From assembly GCA_964019335.1 (NCBI GenBank), contig OZ025726.1, positions 248,001-312,000 on the forward strand: a stretch of 64,000 nucleotides of DNA. The letters run 5' to 3'. Below are positions 23,224 to 36,435 of the stretch, piece by piece (positions within the stretch are counted from its first letter, which is position 1; each line of letters begins with the position of its first letter). This stretch comes from Diplonema japonicum (lineage: Eukaryota > Protista > Euglenozoa: Diplonemea). The position numbers and the translations under genes were made by a program. The notes below the pieces were generated by a model, which saw only the letters and a list, made by a program, of their open reading frames with translations, did no database searches and was not told the origin of the DNA.

Positions 23224-23767
23224 TATTTTTTTTTCTTAAACCCCGAGATCAGAGAGATTTAAAAAGAAAAAAAAAAGAAGAAAAAGGAATACTAAAAACG
23301 CAAAACACGGCCGGGTGGATGGTTGCCCTTCTTCTTCTCTTCAGAAAGAAAAAAAAAAAAAAAAAAAAGAAAAAGAAAAAAAGGAGGGGAAGGGGGGATA
23401 CAAGGATGCGAGTGCATATACCTTCTTTTACTGAAATCTCTCTCTCCCCTCACCTTCTTTCCTTTTTCTTGCAGTGGTGCCGTACCAACATATAGGTTTT
23501 CTTTTTTTTAAAAAAGAGAAAAAAAAAAGGTGGTGGGAAAGCACCGCCGTTTTTGTGAACTGATCTTAAAGATTTTCCTGCCTCTTCGGGGGAGCTTTTT
23601 TTTTTTTTTTTCGTTAAAGAATCTTCCCCGTTCTCGCTTTATTCAACTTCGACAAGTTCATCAGTTCCACATTTAAAGATAGAAGAAAACTACTTATAAC
23701 ACACAGAAAAAGAAAATGGGGGTTTTTGGAGCGCATGCAGGGCTGCAGTTAAAAAAGAAGAAGAGAA

Positions 23768-23816
<49 letters not shown>

Positions 23817-24327
23817 AACAGCTTGCACCAAAAGAACTAACCAGAACAAATAAAGAGGCGGGGGGACTTCCTACAGCGTTTGCACCCCCTCCTGGGGAGA
23901 GGGGAAACCAAGAAAAAGAGAAATGAATATAGGTGTATGGTTAAAAAAAAAAAAGATTTAAAAAAAAAAAATACTCTGATCTTCTCTTAGTTTCTACACA
24001 CAAAGGAAAATCGCAGAAAGGAGGTTTGGGATCTCGGGAAGGGGGGGGCTTCCTCATAAACTTGTAAGCGGTGCTTCAATCGCCGCATCAAAAATAGCAG
24101 AAAATTTAAGAGAGAAAAAAAAAAAGAAGAAGAAGAAACAATACATACATAGCTGGTTAAAACAAGGTTTAGTTTTGCGTCTATTGGTTGTAATAAAATT
24201 TTGACTCGGGTGTACCACCACCACCTCCTTGAATTTAAAAAAAAAAAAACTCGATAAAATTTCAGTGTGCATGGGGGTGCTCACTGCAAAAAAAAAAAAA
24301 AAAATGCAAAACAACCTTTTATGTATG

Positions 24328-24361
<34 letters not shown>

Positions 24362-24491
24362 TGTTGGTACGTAGATAGGGGGGGAGGGGAATGGGCGTGA
24401 ACCCTCAAATACACGAAGCAATAAAAAAATTTTTTTTTTTAAAAATGGTTTTTTTTTTTTTTTTTTTTTTTTTCTTTTTTTTTTCTCTTTC

Positions 24492-27400
24492 TTAAGGCTT
24501 CATCTTACCAACCTCTTCAAGAATAGTACTGATGATCTTTGAGTCCATGATCCCTATCGACATGAGATCTACCTTCTTCGCCGAGAGAAGCGCAGAGCCA
24601 TCGAAACCAGAAGCCTTGAGCAAAGAGGAGTACTGAGGAAGTTGCAATGTCTGCGACAACCAGAAATCAACATCATCAGCAGACCAAAGGTACACAGGAA
24701 CATCGGTTGCTTGTGAAGAGGGACTGTGCTTGAGCTTCTTGATGAACGCAAGCCTCGACACAGCAGAAGCACCTTTGCTCTGCGGCGAGACACAGATCCC
24801 AGCTTTGCTCAATTTCGTTGCCGTTTCGCGTTTGTTTTGAACATGCGTTTTAACAAAATTGCACAGATCAGCCACCAGCCTCACATCGACCCAATCAAAC
24901 GATGATGCTCGTGCGTAGCAGTCCTCTGTCTTGGCACGTTCCAAACATGTCAAAAGAGTACCAAGCGGTTTGATCTGATCGGACGACGCCACATCATCAA
25001 CTTCGATGAAGCAAAGGGGCCTGAAGCGAAGCCCGTTATTCGTCATCTTGTCGAACTCCTTCACAGCCTGTCGTGACCCGATGAACTCTTTCGAGACAAA
25101 TGCAACCGCAGCATCGCACCGCTGGTGCGCGTCCCTAAGATACTGGTTGTACTCCTTCCCCGTCTTGTGCCCTTCCCACATCGTGAAACACCCTGTCAGC
25201 CCGGGTTCCTTGCTCACAACCGCCCGCAAGAGGGAACAAATATTCGGTGCCTCCGCTGAACTACAACATATAAACACAGGCGGGAATTTTTCAAGGCTTG
25301 CAGAAGGAGACATCGGAGGCTCAGACGACATAGGACTGTGCATCGAATTAGTTTCAACTCCCGCTGACGATCGTGCGGTAGATAACGTACTTGATAATGT
25401 GGGCGATAACGGTGCAGGAGGTGGAGGAGTACCAGGCGGCGATGCCAGCTCTGATAACGGGCTTATAGCCGGGCGGTGTAACATCTCCGGCCTCTTTGCA
25501 GGCCTCGGTGATTTATGCAGTATCTCGGCAGGGGGTGCGGGCTCGCGTACGGGTTCTAGTTTCCGGACTTTTTCCCACTTTGCTTCGATCTTGCCGTAGT
25601 TCAGCCCTCCTAGGACAACGCCTTCAAGGTCTTTGAGGAACTCCCCTACACGGTCCTCGTCTCGAGGTACGTGCAGCACACCGTTCTTTTCTATTGTCTG
25701 CCGCACCCACGCATCTCGAACGTGTTTCTTTATAAATTGGTACTCATCACTGATGATGACGATGCGTAGATCATTCGAGTGCTTTAGCTGTGCAGCTGTT
25801 GCAATTGCGAGCTCGTTGGGTAGTGCGGTGCCCTGTAGGTGTAATTGGTTTAGTGTTTTTTTTTTTTTTTTTCTTAAATACCTCTTTCAGCAACGAGGTG
25901 CTTAGCACGACAAGAAACACATCCTTGTCTTGAAAAAATTTTAAAGCGCTTTCCACAGATTTGTCTGTGCTGAAGTCTTGTGTCGACAGTGACTGTGAGA
26001 GTGGGGGGGGGGGGGGGGGGGGGAAACTTCTTCTTGGGGGCAAATACCTTCACATCAATACCCTTTCCCTTTAATTCATCAACCACGTGAGCAGTTAAAA
26101 TGCCTTCTTTCGGCCCATGGCATATCATTCTTGCCTTACTGGCGGTGGTATCAGGCGTGTCGGCTGCGGCAGCTTTCTTCAGCCGCATAGAAGCTACCCT
26201 CGTGGTGATTTGTTTCTTTTTCCTCTCCGTTGCAGTGGAGAGCTTCGAGATGCCCTTGAGCTTGGTGGCCATCGCAGAGACGATCGGACTGAGTAACGCA
26301 GCAGGTTTAGGGGGTGCGAAAAAGGTTCCGCTTAGCAGAATTTTTCCAGCCTGTTAAAAATATATTAAAAAAAAAATCTTTTTTTTCCATACGTCAGTTT
26401 CTTCAAGGGAGAGCTCGATCAGTTCAGTTAATACTCTCGCAGACAAGTAGTTTTTTTGCAGCCCGTTTGCAAAATTTTCCACTTTCAACGCCGTCCCCGG
26501 TTCGGAATAGGTTTTCTTCGATTTTTTAATGAGATCTAGCATCGTGCTGTGCAACTTCTGATCTCTGTCGACAAGCTCTTTCCTCGCTGCCGCCTGCTGA
26601 ACAGCCGAACCAGTAGGCGAGGATGTGTGCCACGGCCCCCCGAATCTCAGATCGTTCCGTATCACGTTCTGGTCCTGCTGTGCTGAGAACTCCGACTGTC
26701 TTATCGATGAGCTCCTGTCAATATTAATGGCCCCGACGATGCCCGAGATCGAGGGGTAGAAGACATTGCATTGCTTGAGTTTGAGCTGGAGGGATCCGGG
26801 TTCGTAATGTCCGATGAACAGGCTGCTTCCTGTGTTTTCCACGATATTACATTCTCGGAGCTCTCCACCGCCTCCTGTTGTAATCTCGACCCCGGTGCTG
26901 GCATTGTCGTAAACGTCGGACTTAAGGAGAATGGGTTTGGAGTTTTGTGAGATTCTGACACCGACCTCAGTGCATCGTGAGACGTTTAGTTCGGAAACGA
27001 TCGCTCGGGCGGATTTGAACAGGACACCAACACGGTGGGACGTGATGATCACGCCTTGGATGAGAGGCTCGCCGTCAGGAAGCCCGCTTCCGTTGATGCC
27101 CTCGATCAACACACCGCACCCGCGTTCCTTCCCACCGTTTTGATACAGAACGTTGTTGTTCTTCATCACCCCGTTTGTCGCTGCGGCATATGACACCCCT
27201 GTGTGTTCATTCCCCGCTATTTCATTCCCGGTCATGAGGCAGGATGAATGAACGGTCCCCCGCAGCACAATCCCATCGTAGTTGGAACAGATTTTGTTGG
27301 AGTCTATGGTGCCGCCGCCGTTTTGGGTTATTTCAAAACCCACTTTGCAGTCGAATATAGAGTTTTGGACAAAGACAGGCCGTCCTCCATTGAGGACCTC

Positions 27401-30400
27401 GACACCCACATGCGACTTGCTTATCGTGTTGGATTCAAAAAGCGATCCAATCCCGCAGCATCGGATTCCTATGGTGTTCGCGGTCACTTCATTCTTCACG
27501 ATAGAGGTTGTTGCGTTGTGTGGTGTTGCTGTGGTGGTCTCGTCGCCTTCGGTGTAGATGCCGATGTCGTTTTGGAACAAGATGTTTTGTCCGACCTCTC
27601 CCCTTGCAGCTGCTTTGACCAGGACGCCGTATGAGCGGTTTACCGATTGGTTCCTCACAATGTAATTTCGGTCCACCTTCGGCCCCGCGTAGCTCCCTAT
27701 GACGACCCCTGCTATTTCCGTCCCCGATATGACATTTTGAGTGTAGTTCCCCAATCCATGCGATTTTATCAGGATTCCGTAGACCCCGCCGTGTATTGAG
27801 TTTCCGGTTACAGTCGGATCGCCTGCTGTACAGATAACGATGCACTCTTCTGTGATCCCTCTGATGCTGTTGTTAGTGATCACTCCCTTTCCTCCTTCGA
27901 TCGCAATGCCCACCGACGAACCGGACAGGACGTTCCTTGATATGGAAGGGTTGCTCTCTCCTATGATGAGAATGGCTTTTGGGGCGTTGTTGTCGAAGAC
28001 GTTGTCTTGAACGGTCCCATCCCCGGAGTTGAACACAAGACCCCCTACAGGAACCGTCGTCGATTCTGGGTCGGAAGGTGATAAACCGTTTTGAGTGACC
28101 TTGTTGAGCTGTATGGTGGGTTGACCTTTGTCCGAGACAAAGAGGCCGCAGGATCGATTTCCTAAGATCTGGTTTTTTCGGAAAAACCCCAGCCCGTTGG
28201 TGTGAACCGCCACACCGATCTCGTTGTCGGTGATTTGGTTTTGGGAGAATTCTGGATTTCCCGCATATGCGATCACCACACCCCGCGCATGGCGTAAAAC
28301 CCTGTTATTCGTGTACGTCCCTTGGCAAGAATGCGTGGCTTTGAACCCGATATCGTTGTCGCTGATGATGTTGCTGTCCACCAACGGTGCGCTGTCTGTC
28401 CCGCTCACGGATATCCCCACGTGCTGGTTATCTTTTATAACACAGTTTTCAACGACACCGCGGCCTCCCATTTCAACGCAGATTCCTGCTTTTTCAATGA
28501 AGGTGAACTCGCACTCTTTAATTAAAGGGTTTGCTTTGGTTTGGATTGTGATGCCGAAGTCGAGAAGCCTGGAGAACAGACAGCGTTGTATACTGCCGGT
28601 ACCTCCTTTTTCGCAAGCGATGCCTGTTGTGCAGGGTTGTTTCGGGTCGGACACGAACGTGCAGTCTTCGATGCTCGGGTTTGCTTGCTGCGATATTTTT
28701 ATAGAGAGATGGTTTGTGAATGTGGTGTGCCGCCAAGAGCTCCTTGCGGAGCCTGAGAAGCTTACCCCGCAAGGGTTATCAACCACTTGGCAAGACACAA
28801 AGGCGGGGTTTGCGTTCCCTGCTACTTCCACACAATGATGGTAGCCTTTGGAGAACTTGCAGTTCGTGAAATGCCCGCCACCGTTTACGCATTTCAACCC
28901 AACATTGTTCTGTTCAAACACGGCGTCGTCGAAGGTTGGGTTCGCACCTTCCCCGTCCACCACCGCACCGCAGCCTCCTGCGTGGTTTGTGAACTTGTTG
29001 TTCTGAGTGTACACTCCCAACCCTTCATCGCCGATCCATAGCCCAGCTTGGACCTCGTTGGTTCCTTCGAACGTGTTGCCTTTGACATCGGGTGATCCTT
29101 TTGTATCTACACATAGCCCTTTTGAATTCCCGACTAGATAATTCGACACAATTTCACCCTTCCCATCTCGTATAACGTGGATGCCTTTGGTATTTCCTAG
29201 ACCTTCCCGGGGGTCGCCGATTGTGTTAGCCTCCATTCGGGGGTTTGCCTCTAACGATATCAACACGCCGGTTGTGCAGTGGTATATTTTGTTCTCGATG
29301 AGGATCCCGTTCGCGTCTTTCGAAGCGCACAGAACACCGACCGTGGAACGGAATAGGGTGTTTTTCAGGATTGTCGGGCTCGATCCGGCGTGAATCTCAA
29401 CACAGCATCCCGTGCAATCTTTGATAGAGTTGTTGTCAAAGATGTTGCGGGCATCTCTCTGTGCGATGACGCCTATCTTTTCATTGTGGATGTCGTTCTG
29501 CGTGAACTCCACAGCGGACAATCCTTGGACAAGCACACCAGACAGCGTGTTTCGAGAGATATCGTTTCCTACGACAGACCCCGACGAACCTGTTAAGCAA
29601 CAGACGCCGTGTTCGTTTCCCTCTAGCCAGTTTCCTTTAATCAACGACCCGTCGCTGCCTTCAAGTGTCACGCCGCTTATCGAACTTTTTACGGTGTTTT
29701 CCGTGACTTCACCCGCCGCGCCTTCCCCGCAATGGATCCCGCTGGCTCCCTTGCAACTGTTTTTAACATCGTTCTTCGCGATCCTCGGGTTCGAACCCTT
29801 GAAAAGAGATACTGCACCCTTTTGAAACCCACCATGCAGCGTGTTGTCCTCAAAGGTCCCGGTTGCTTTTTCCGTGAAAACGACACCTTGACCAGATTCG
29901 TTCCCGGTGAACGTGTTCCGACAGAATGTAAGATCGGAAGTAGAGGCGAGGTAGACAGAGGGGGTACCGAGGTTGGCTTCATTGGTGGGGGTGAAATGGT
30001 TTTGGGTAAATATGGCGCAAGCGAGTCTACCGTGGCCCCAAACATTGACGGTGCCTACACCACTGAAGGGGAAACCATCGACTTGTGCGTGGTAGATCGG
30101 CTCGGTGATTGTGTTCCTTTTGAAGATTGGGGTAGGTTTCTTTTCAGGTTCATCGTCGTCGGGCTGCTCCTCTGCGTCATCATCTGAGCCATCCAGTTCG
30201 ATATTGACACCGTTTTGAGTTATCACGTTCTTCTCGAAAATCACTGAAGATCGAGAAACAACAACGACACCCCGGAACTGCTTCCTGATGTTGTTTTTGA
30301 CGAAGGAACAGTGTCCGGTGTGAGATTCGATCCGGACCCCTCCGATGCTGTTCTGTTCAATGTCGTTCTCGCGGAAGACACCCAACGACCCGCCCACACG

Positions 30401-32311
30401 AACGCCGTACCCGCCTGAAGAACCTTTTACCGTGTTTTTCAAGAATACTGGGTCGGAGTTCGATGTTATGTGCACGTTGTCGGTTCCGTTGTCGCTTATG
30501 GTGTTGGAGGTAAAGGTTCCGAACCCCTGCGATGCACAGAGGACGCCTATGCCTTGGCCCCGTGATATTGTGTTTGAAGTGAAGATCGGGTTCCCACCTT
30601 TCTGAACGGCGATTTGAGGGGAGAGAGATTCGTTTTCCATAATGCTGTTGTTGGCGAACCTACCCCGGCCGAACGAAGTGACAAGGATTGAACCAGCGCC
30701 TGGCCCTGATGAGGACGAAGAAGCAGGGGGAACCTTGCCTTCTGTAGTGTTTCTCTTCGTGGGACCGTTTCGAAGGAAGAGATTGTCGTTTTCAAAAACC
30801 GGGTCAGCAGAGCGTCGGACGACCACGGCGTAATTACCAGACCACCCGTTTCGGGTGAATGTGTTTTTTTCGAACCTCCCCTTAGCGTGGCTGCTGCAGT
30901 CGACGGCGACTGTGTTCGCAAACATCTCGTTTGAGAGCATGACCGGGTTCCCCCCGGTTTCAATGAACACTCCCAACGAGTTTTGCTTCACCTGATTCTC
31001 TTCGAAAATACCTGTCGCCCCATTCACAACAGCGATCCCGGGAGATGTGGATGCATCGTCGTGGTCCCTGACGTCGTTGCCCATCGCGTCAATTTCAACA
31101 GCCGAACCGGTTAGAAGAAGACCTGGGCCTTTGTTCGCTTCGATAACGGTTCTTCGAAGTTTTGCAGTGATCGTTTTAGGAGTTTGGGCCGCAGGGTCTG
31201 ACACGAGAACGATCCCGCCCTTCTCGTTGTTTTCGATCCTGCAGTCCTCGAAGATAGGGGTGAAGCTTTGCGACGAGTTCGCCTGTGAAATGGTCGAAGA
31301 CGAGATCACCACACCAAACCCACCACAGGCCGATATAATGCAGTGGTTTGAGAAGCAAGGAGACGAGGACAGGACGGTGACCCCGTTCCCGTTGTCGGAG
31401 ACAATGTTGCAGCGTTCGAACCCAGGGGCCGCACCGTTGACGATGGTGACGGCCGAGTGGTCGTCGATGAGAGAGGGGTTCAGCGTGAATTTGCTGGAAA
31501 GAGACGACCTGTGAGTTTTAGGAATCCAGGTAACAGACGGAGCGTGATATCCTGCGTCCTCAATGTGACACGCGTAGAATTTCGGCTGCGGTTTAGTCCG
31601 CTGCGATGACTCATCCATGCACCCTGAGATCAAGATTGTCCGCGAGTGAGACGACCCAATGGTGCATCCTATGAATTCAATTTCTCCTGTGGATGTAACT
31701 GATACAGATGCTTCCTTGTTCTTTCTTATATCACATGCGTCGATCTTGGCTGAAGCTTCCCCTCTGAGCTGCACCCCGCACCGTTGCGAACCAGAGAAAG
31801 TACACTTCCGAACCTGAACCGAACCTGCGTGCGTCTCATTTCCGTGAACATCCATTCCTTGTACGAAACATTCGCTGATACGCGCGGTGCCTTCAAAAAC
31901 AGATATTGCCGTGCCTGATGTGTTTTTGCACTTAATTAAAAGACTCCTGATGTCGCATCCTGACTTTGATCTGCAGATAATCGTGGCTTCGCCACGTGAT
32001 TCTAGTATCACCTCACCGTCGCCATGTAATTCTACATATTTATCTAGTATGAGTTCTTCAAAGTAAGTCCCGTGATGGATTAAAACCCGGTCTCCGGGTT
32101 CTACATAGTCGATGGCTCTCTGTATGCTGTTGAAGTACCCGTTGTGTTTCCCATGCTTCACGATGAACTCTCTCACTCTCTTCCCTTCCCCTTCCCCCGG
32201 TGTTGTGTTCTGATACGCCGATGTTATCCATGTGTAAAACCACCCGTCTACAGAGTCGTACCCGTACTGATCTTCCGTTGCATCTTTTGTGAAAGCGGTC
32301 TTGTTGACCAT
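24492..32311 (-). CDS. ~2557-aa protein: long right-handed beta-helix (PbH1/NosD/FBXO11-like) repeats, TIR-like domain, Pro-rich linker, TIR domain, SAM domain. Exons 32311-26393, 26350-26048, 25992-25882, 25832-24492
   Basis: YFNSIQRAID...GDRVLIHHGTYFE start and dozens of 'GNPxxxxNxI' coils. Three phase-0 GT-AG introns (26351-26392, 25993-26047, 25833-25881) join four ORF-track entries. PVFICCSS...AVAFVSKEFIGSRQAVKEF is TIR-like; WSADDVDFWL...LPQY...FDGSALL...DLMSIGI is SAM-like. Confidence 0.85.
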
Positions 32312-32558
32312 TTACTTTTAGTGTGGAGTTTTTTTTTTTTTTAGAAAAAAGATGCGGAGATGAAAAAAAATTTTTGTGGAGTACACATGCCTAAGATGAA
32401 AAAAGAACGGAAAAAAAAAAAAAAAAAGAGGGTGAAGCTAGTGGGAGAGATAAGAAAAATTTTTTAAAAGGCACTGGTGAAGCTAAATTACGAAGACAGA
32501 CAGAACATGTGTATGGAAAAAAAAAAGGGGGGGAAAAAAGTATAGGGCGAATATGAGT

Positions 32559-35180
32559 TCAGATTTTGAAGAAACAAGTATCACAAATAGGGCTGGGGCA
32601 AGGGTAGCCAGGCAAGGCAAGCGTTCGAGTTCGGCACTCCGTGCAGACGACGTTGCCACAGTGGTGGCAGTGGCACTGAGAGCGGAGGGCGGAGGCGGCC
32701 GTGGTGCTGGTGGAGGACCAAGAAAAGTGAGCAGTGCAACACCTGCAGGAAGTAACGGACGAGAACGGTTCCCAGGCTGTGGGTTTAATCCCAAACTTAG
32801 TGGTCGTCGCAACCGAACGCAGACCGCGGATGATGGCATCCATGCGGTGGTCGTCACCTATCTTACTGGACAGCTCTATCTTCTCAAGGGCTCTTGCCCA
32901 TGGACGAAGCACTGATCCCATAGCAACCCCACAGCAGTAATATGTGTGCACCAGAACACCTGCAGGGTAGAACTCAACCATTGCTGCCTTCGTGCTGCCT
33001 GGTTTAGGAGCGCCTGCGCGTTTGCCAAGACGTGCACCCCATGCATCTCTTGCCATGATGACTCCGCCAGATGCAAAGCCAGCTTCGTGAAGGGTCCGCG
33101 TCCATTGGCAGTGGTCTCTCATCCCTGTTTCCTTCTGCCCCACCACCTTCCACAGATCGATGGTTCTGAAATCCGTCCGACCTGTCATGGCGGCAATCGC
33201 CGCGGCGACTTCCTTCACCCGTGCTGTCTTGAAATCCAGATGCAACACCCCCACCCCTTCAGGTTCCTCTCCAGGATTCGAGAATAGTATTGCAAGCGCG
33301 TCTTTGTTGGTGTCACGCACTGTGTCCTCCACCGCCACGACCATAGCCCATGACAGGCCTTCTAGGAACCCTTCCGACAAGAGTGTCATGCCGCCGTTCC
33401 TGCTTTGTAAGAAGAAGACGAGATCTTCGACAGGGCGGTAGACCTCTTTAGCACACCTTGCTTTAAACGCAGGAAGGCTTGTCATTTCGTTCACCGTGAT
33501 GGTGGTCATCATTCCACTCACATGCATGAGCCGCACCGTCACATTGTTCATGGAGTGCGCCTGCTTCAAGCACTCGACATACGGGTAGTTGGAAGCATCA
33601 AGAGCCTCAAACAGAGAACCTATAGGAGACTTGGCCCTCGCCGAGAGATTGGGACGAACACGTGGAGCCCATACCGATGCTATTCTGGTGATGAGGGCGG
33701 AACGATCGCCAGAATAGTCTTTTTCGGATCGGTTCCGGAATACAGGGTCGGAGATGGCCGTCATGAGGTTGCGCAGAGAGGTGCTGCGTACCCTTGGAAC
33801 GAGGTCGTCCCCATGGATGCCTGATAGGGTGTATTCTTCAGCGTCGGTGGCGAAGTTTTTATCCACGCATGCAGGCATCGCGAACCCGACACATTTCAAA
33901 TCAGGAAGGAGCCCTGAGTCCCGCAGCATCGCCGTCAGCATGACCCCGACACCCGCCCCCAAAGAGTGCCCCACGATCACAATTTCCAAACCCCGTCTTT
34001 TAATTTCAAACAACGGTAGGTACAGCTTATGGTAGAGCCACACCGCGGATCTCAGCATCCCTCTGTGGACCTGATACACTTTCTTCGAGTTGGGAAGAGT
34101 GAACGTCTCCGGAACCGTGCAGATGTCGATCAAAATGTCCGAGATGTTCTTTGTCCCTCTGAGGACGACGATGGCTTGGGTTTTGTTCCCGAGGATGCAG
34201 TACGAAGGGTGGCGTGCGGGGGCGATGGGCTCATGGTGGATCAGCGTGAAACCGAACTGCAAACACAACCGCTGCGTGTCGGCGGGTGTCTCACCATAAA
34301 CGAATTTTGCAAACGGGGCATAATGGGTAAGCCGAGCGTAAAGGTCTTCCGGGATGTCATCAGACACCACACCTGGAGAAGACGGGGAGTGTTCCGAAAG
34401 GGCTGTCAAGGTATTATTCCCCCGTTCCCCCCGTCGGTATGTCAGGTAATAATAAAGCCCAATCGCGATCTCAGAAGCGCTTGTCTTGCAATCCCCAAAC
34501 TCGTCACATGACATCAACGACACCAAATCTGCTATCGCTTCGCCCATCTCAGACGAAAGCACCATGGACCCCAACATGTAAGGAGCAATTTTCCGCAAAT
34601 TCCCGACCTGCCCTACGAGGGAAAGCGCAGTGCCCCATCTTTCAAAATGAGGTGCTACTGTTGACGCTACAAAGGCAGCCCCGTCGGCTACTCGCATTGC
34701 CATGTCGGTGTTTGTGTCACGAGGGTACTCATAAGGGATCAGTGTGTTGTTGAAGTAAGCTTGGAGTCTTGTCTCTGTGAACGAAATGCTGCTTGTGAGG
34801 CAGGTGACACGATCTGTGTAGGAGAGTGAGTTTTTGAGGCTTGTTGTGAGGAAGTCGTCCCATTGGGGTTTGAGATGCGCCAGGCAGCAGGGAAGGGCCA
34901 GGAGGTGTGTATCAGCCTTGTCGGCTCCTGCGGAGCACATTATCAGTGCTGCCGTGACAGCGATTTCTGCAGTTGTTGCCGTTGTCATCCTGGTGTGGAC
35001 GGCGGTGGCCAGTCCGGCAACCATGGAGATGTGGACCATCTCTCTTCTCCTGGCCCGGACAGCTTCGATGGTTATTTTCTTCCACTTCGTCTCGGGAAGC
35101 AGCGAGACATAGGGCAGCTCCCTCTCCTTGTTCTCCCCGTACCACACCGACTGGACCCAACCCCATGCAGCGCGGACCAT
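32559..35180 (-). CDS. Class 3 (DAG-lipase-like) lipase with ubiquitin-like segments and a C-terminal FYVE-type zinc finger (873 aa)
   Basis: VLRGT lid, VHRGM, nucleophile elbow VGHSLGAG, DDLVPR, DH. C-terminal WEP..CRCC..F...CHCHHCGNVVCTEC...ICDTCF. Confidence 0.88.
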   Translation of the reverse strand: MVRAAWGWVQSVWYGENKERELPYVSLLPETKWKKITIEAVRARRREMVHISMVAGLATAVHTRMTTATTAEIAVTAALIMCSAGADKADTHLLALPCCLAHLKPQWDDFLTTSLKNSLSYTDRVTCLTSSISFTETRLQAYFNNTLIPYEYPRDTNTDMAMRVADGAAFVASTVAPHFERWGTALSLVGQVGNLRKIAPYMLGSMVLSSEMGEAIADLVSLMSCDEFGDCKTSASEIAIGLYYYLTYRRGERGNNTLTALSEHSPSSPGVVSDDIPEDLYARLTHYAPFAKFVYGETPADTQRLCLQFGFTLIHHEPIAPARHPSYCILGNKTQAIVVLRGTKNISDILIDICTVPETFTLPNSKKVYQVHRGMLRSAVWLYHKLYLPLFEIKRRGLEIVIVGHSLGAGVGVMLTAMLRDSGLLPDLKCVGFAMPACVDKNFATDAEEYTLSGIHGDDLVPRVRSTSLRNLMTAISDPVFRNRSEKDYSGDRSALITRIASVWAPRVRPNLSARAKSPIGSLFEALDASNYPYVECLKQAHSMNNVTVRLMHVSGMMTTITVNEMTSLPAFKARCAKEVYRPVEDLVFFLQSRNGGMTLLSEGFLEGLSWAMVVAVEDTVRDTNKDALAILFSNPGEEPEGVGVLHLDFKTARVKEVAAAIAAMTGRTDFRTIDLWKVVGQKETGMRDHCQWTRTLHEAGFASGGVIMARDAWGARLGKRAGAPKPGSTKAAMVEFYPAGVLVHTYYCCGVAMGSVLRPWARALEKIELSSKIGDDHRMDAIIRGLRSVATTTKFGIKPTAWEPFSSVTSCRCCTAHFSWSSTSTTAASALRSQCHCHHCGNVVCTECRTRTLALPGYPCPSPICDTCFFKI

Positions 35181-35552
35181 TTTTTTTTTTTTTTTTGGTT
35201 CCCCCCCTTTTTTTTATATTTGGAGTGTGGGGGGGAAAAAAAAAAATGTATTTTACCACTTTTTGGGAAGAGATGTTTCTCTCGGCCCTTACGTACTCTC
35301 CTGGGCATGTCCGCTCAGCAGGCATAGCGAGGAACGATGGTGTGGGTAAAGGTTTGGTTTTTTTTTTTTTTTTTTTTAATTCCCAGGGAGGGACGCGGGA
35401 AAAAAAAAAATAGAATGAAAAGGAAAAAAAAAAAAAAAAGAAGAAGAGAAAAAAAAATATAAAAAGGAAAGGAGTAAAAGACACTGGTATGGTAAGAAAA
35501 AAAAAGGAAAAAAAAAAAAAAAAAAACAACGGAAGTATAAAAGAAAAATCGG

Positions 35553-35587
<35 letters not shown>

Positions 35588-35630
35588 ACTAATCTCAATT
35601 AGAAGAAAGAAAGAAAAAATTGCATTTTTG

Positions 35631-35671
35631 CTAAACCTCAGGGTTCAGTTCAAGAAGGCGTTTCTCAGAGG

Positions 35672-35714
<43 letters not shown>

Positions 35715-36435
35715 CCAACCCGCACATACTTTTCAAATGGAACTCATGCACTGTGAGAGCTTCGGACCAATTTTCAAGCTCTGACGTGAAAAGTTTCGGC
35801 ATGTCGACTTGCTTTGGTCCGCCCATCGACCCCTCCGCCATGTTCTTGAAATGTTCAGCCTCATCCAACTCAGAGGCACCATCAAGAACCAAGGTAATAA
35901 TACCCCTGACCCCGAACATGACCAGAAAGTGACCGCAAAGAGAGGTAATATAGGTGACTTCAAGAGTCGGGTGCTCTATCCCCCGCTGGAGCATTCCTCT
36001 GAAACGGGAAGTCAGTGGGAAGGGCAGTTTTGCAATGACGAAAGAAGGGAAGAAGTACGACACAAACTGCATCATGACCAAGTGGGGCCCGATCTGAAGC
36101 AGCTGCTGGGTCATCATGCCGCGCATTTGCATGGGGTCTCCCATACTTGCCATGGGGTTGCCCTCGTCGCTCTCCGGTTTTTCTTTCAACAGTATATTCA
36201 TCTTCCGCCTTCTTTCCTCAAAACTATCTTTCGGAACCCACCCCCTGTTGCTCCTTGTATACACCGCTTTCTGAATCGTCTGCGTTTCTTTCATAAACTC
36301 CGGGCTGTATTCTTTCCTGTCCTTCATCAAGAGTGCTGCATAATGTTTAAACAGCTGCACCACCAGCGTGATCACCGCGATAGGGATCAGCGCCCACGCC
36401 CTGATATTGGGGTCCAATAATACTATCCCTGTCAT
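35631..36435 (-). CDS. EMC3: ER membrane protein complex subunit 3. Exons 36435-35730, 35671-35631
   Basis: LLDPNIRAWALIPI and FVIAKLPFPLTSRFRGMLQRGI...LEVTYITSL. Intron 35672-35729 restores an EMC3-like end, HEFHLKTSEKRLLELNPEV*. Confidence 0.92.
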
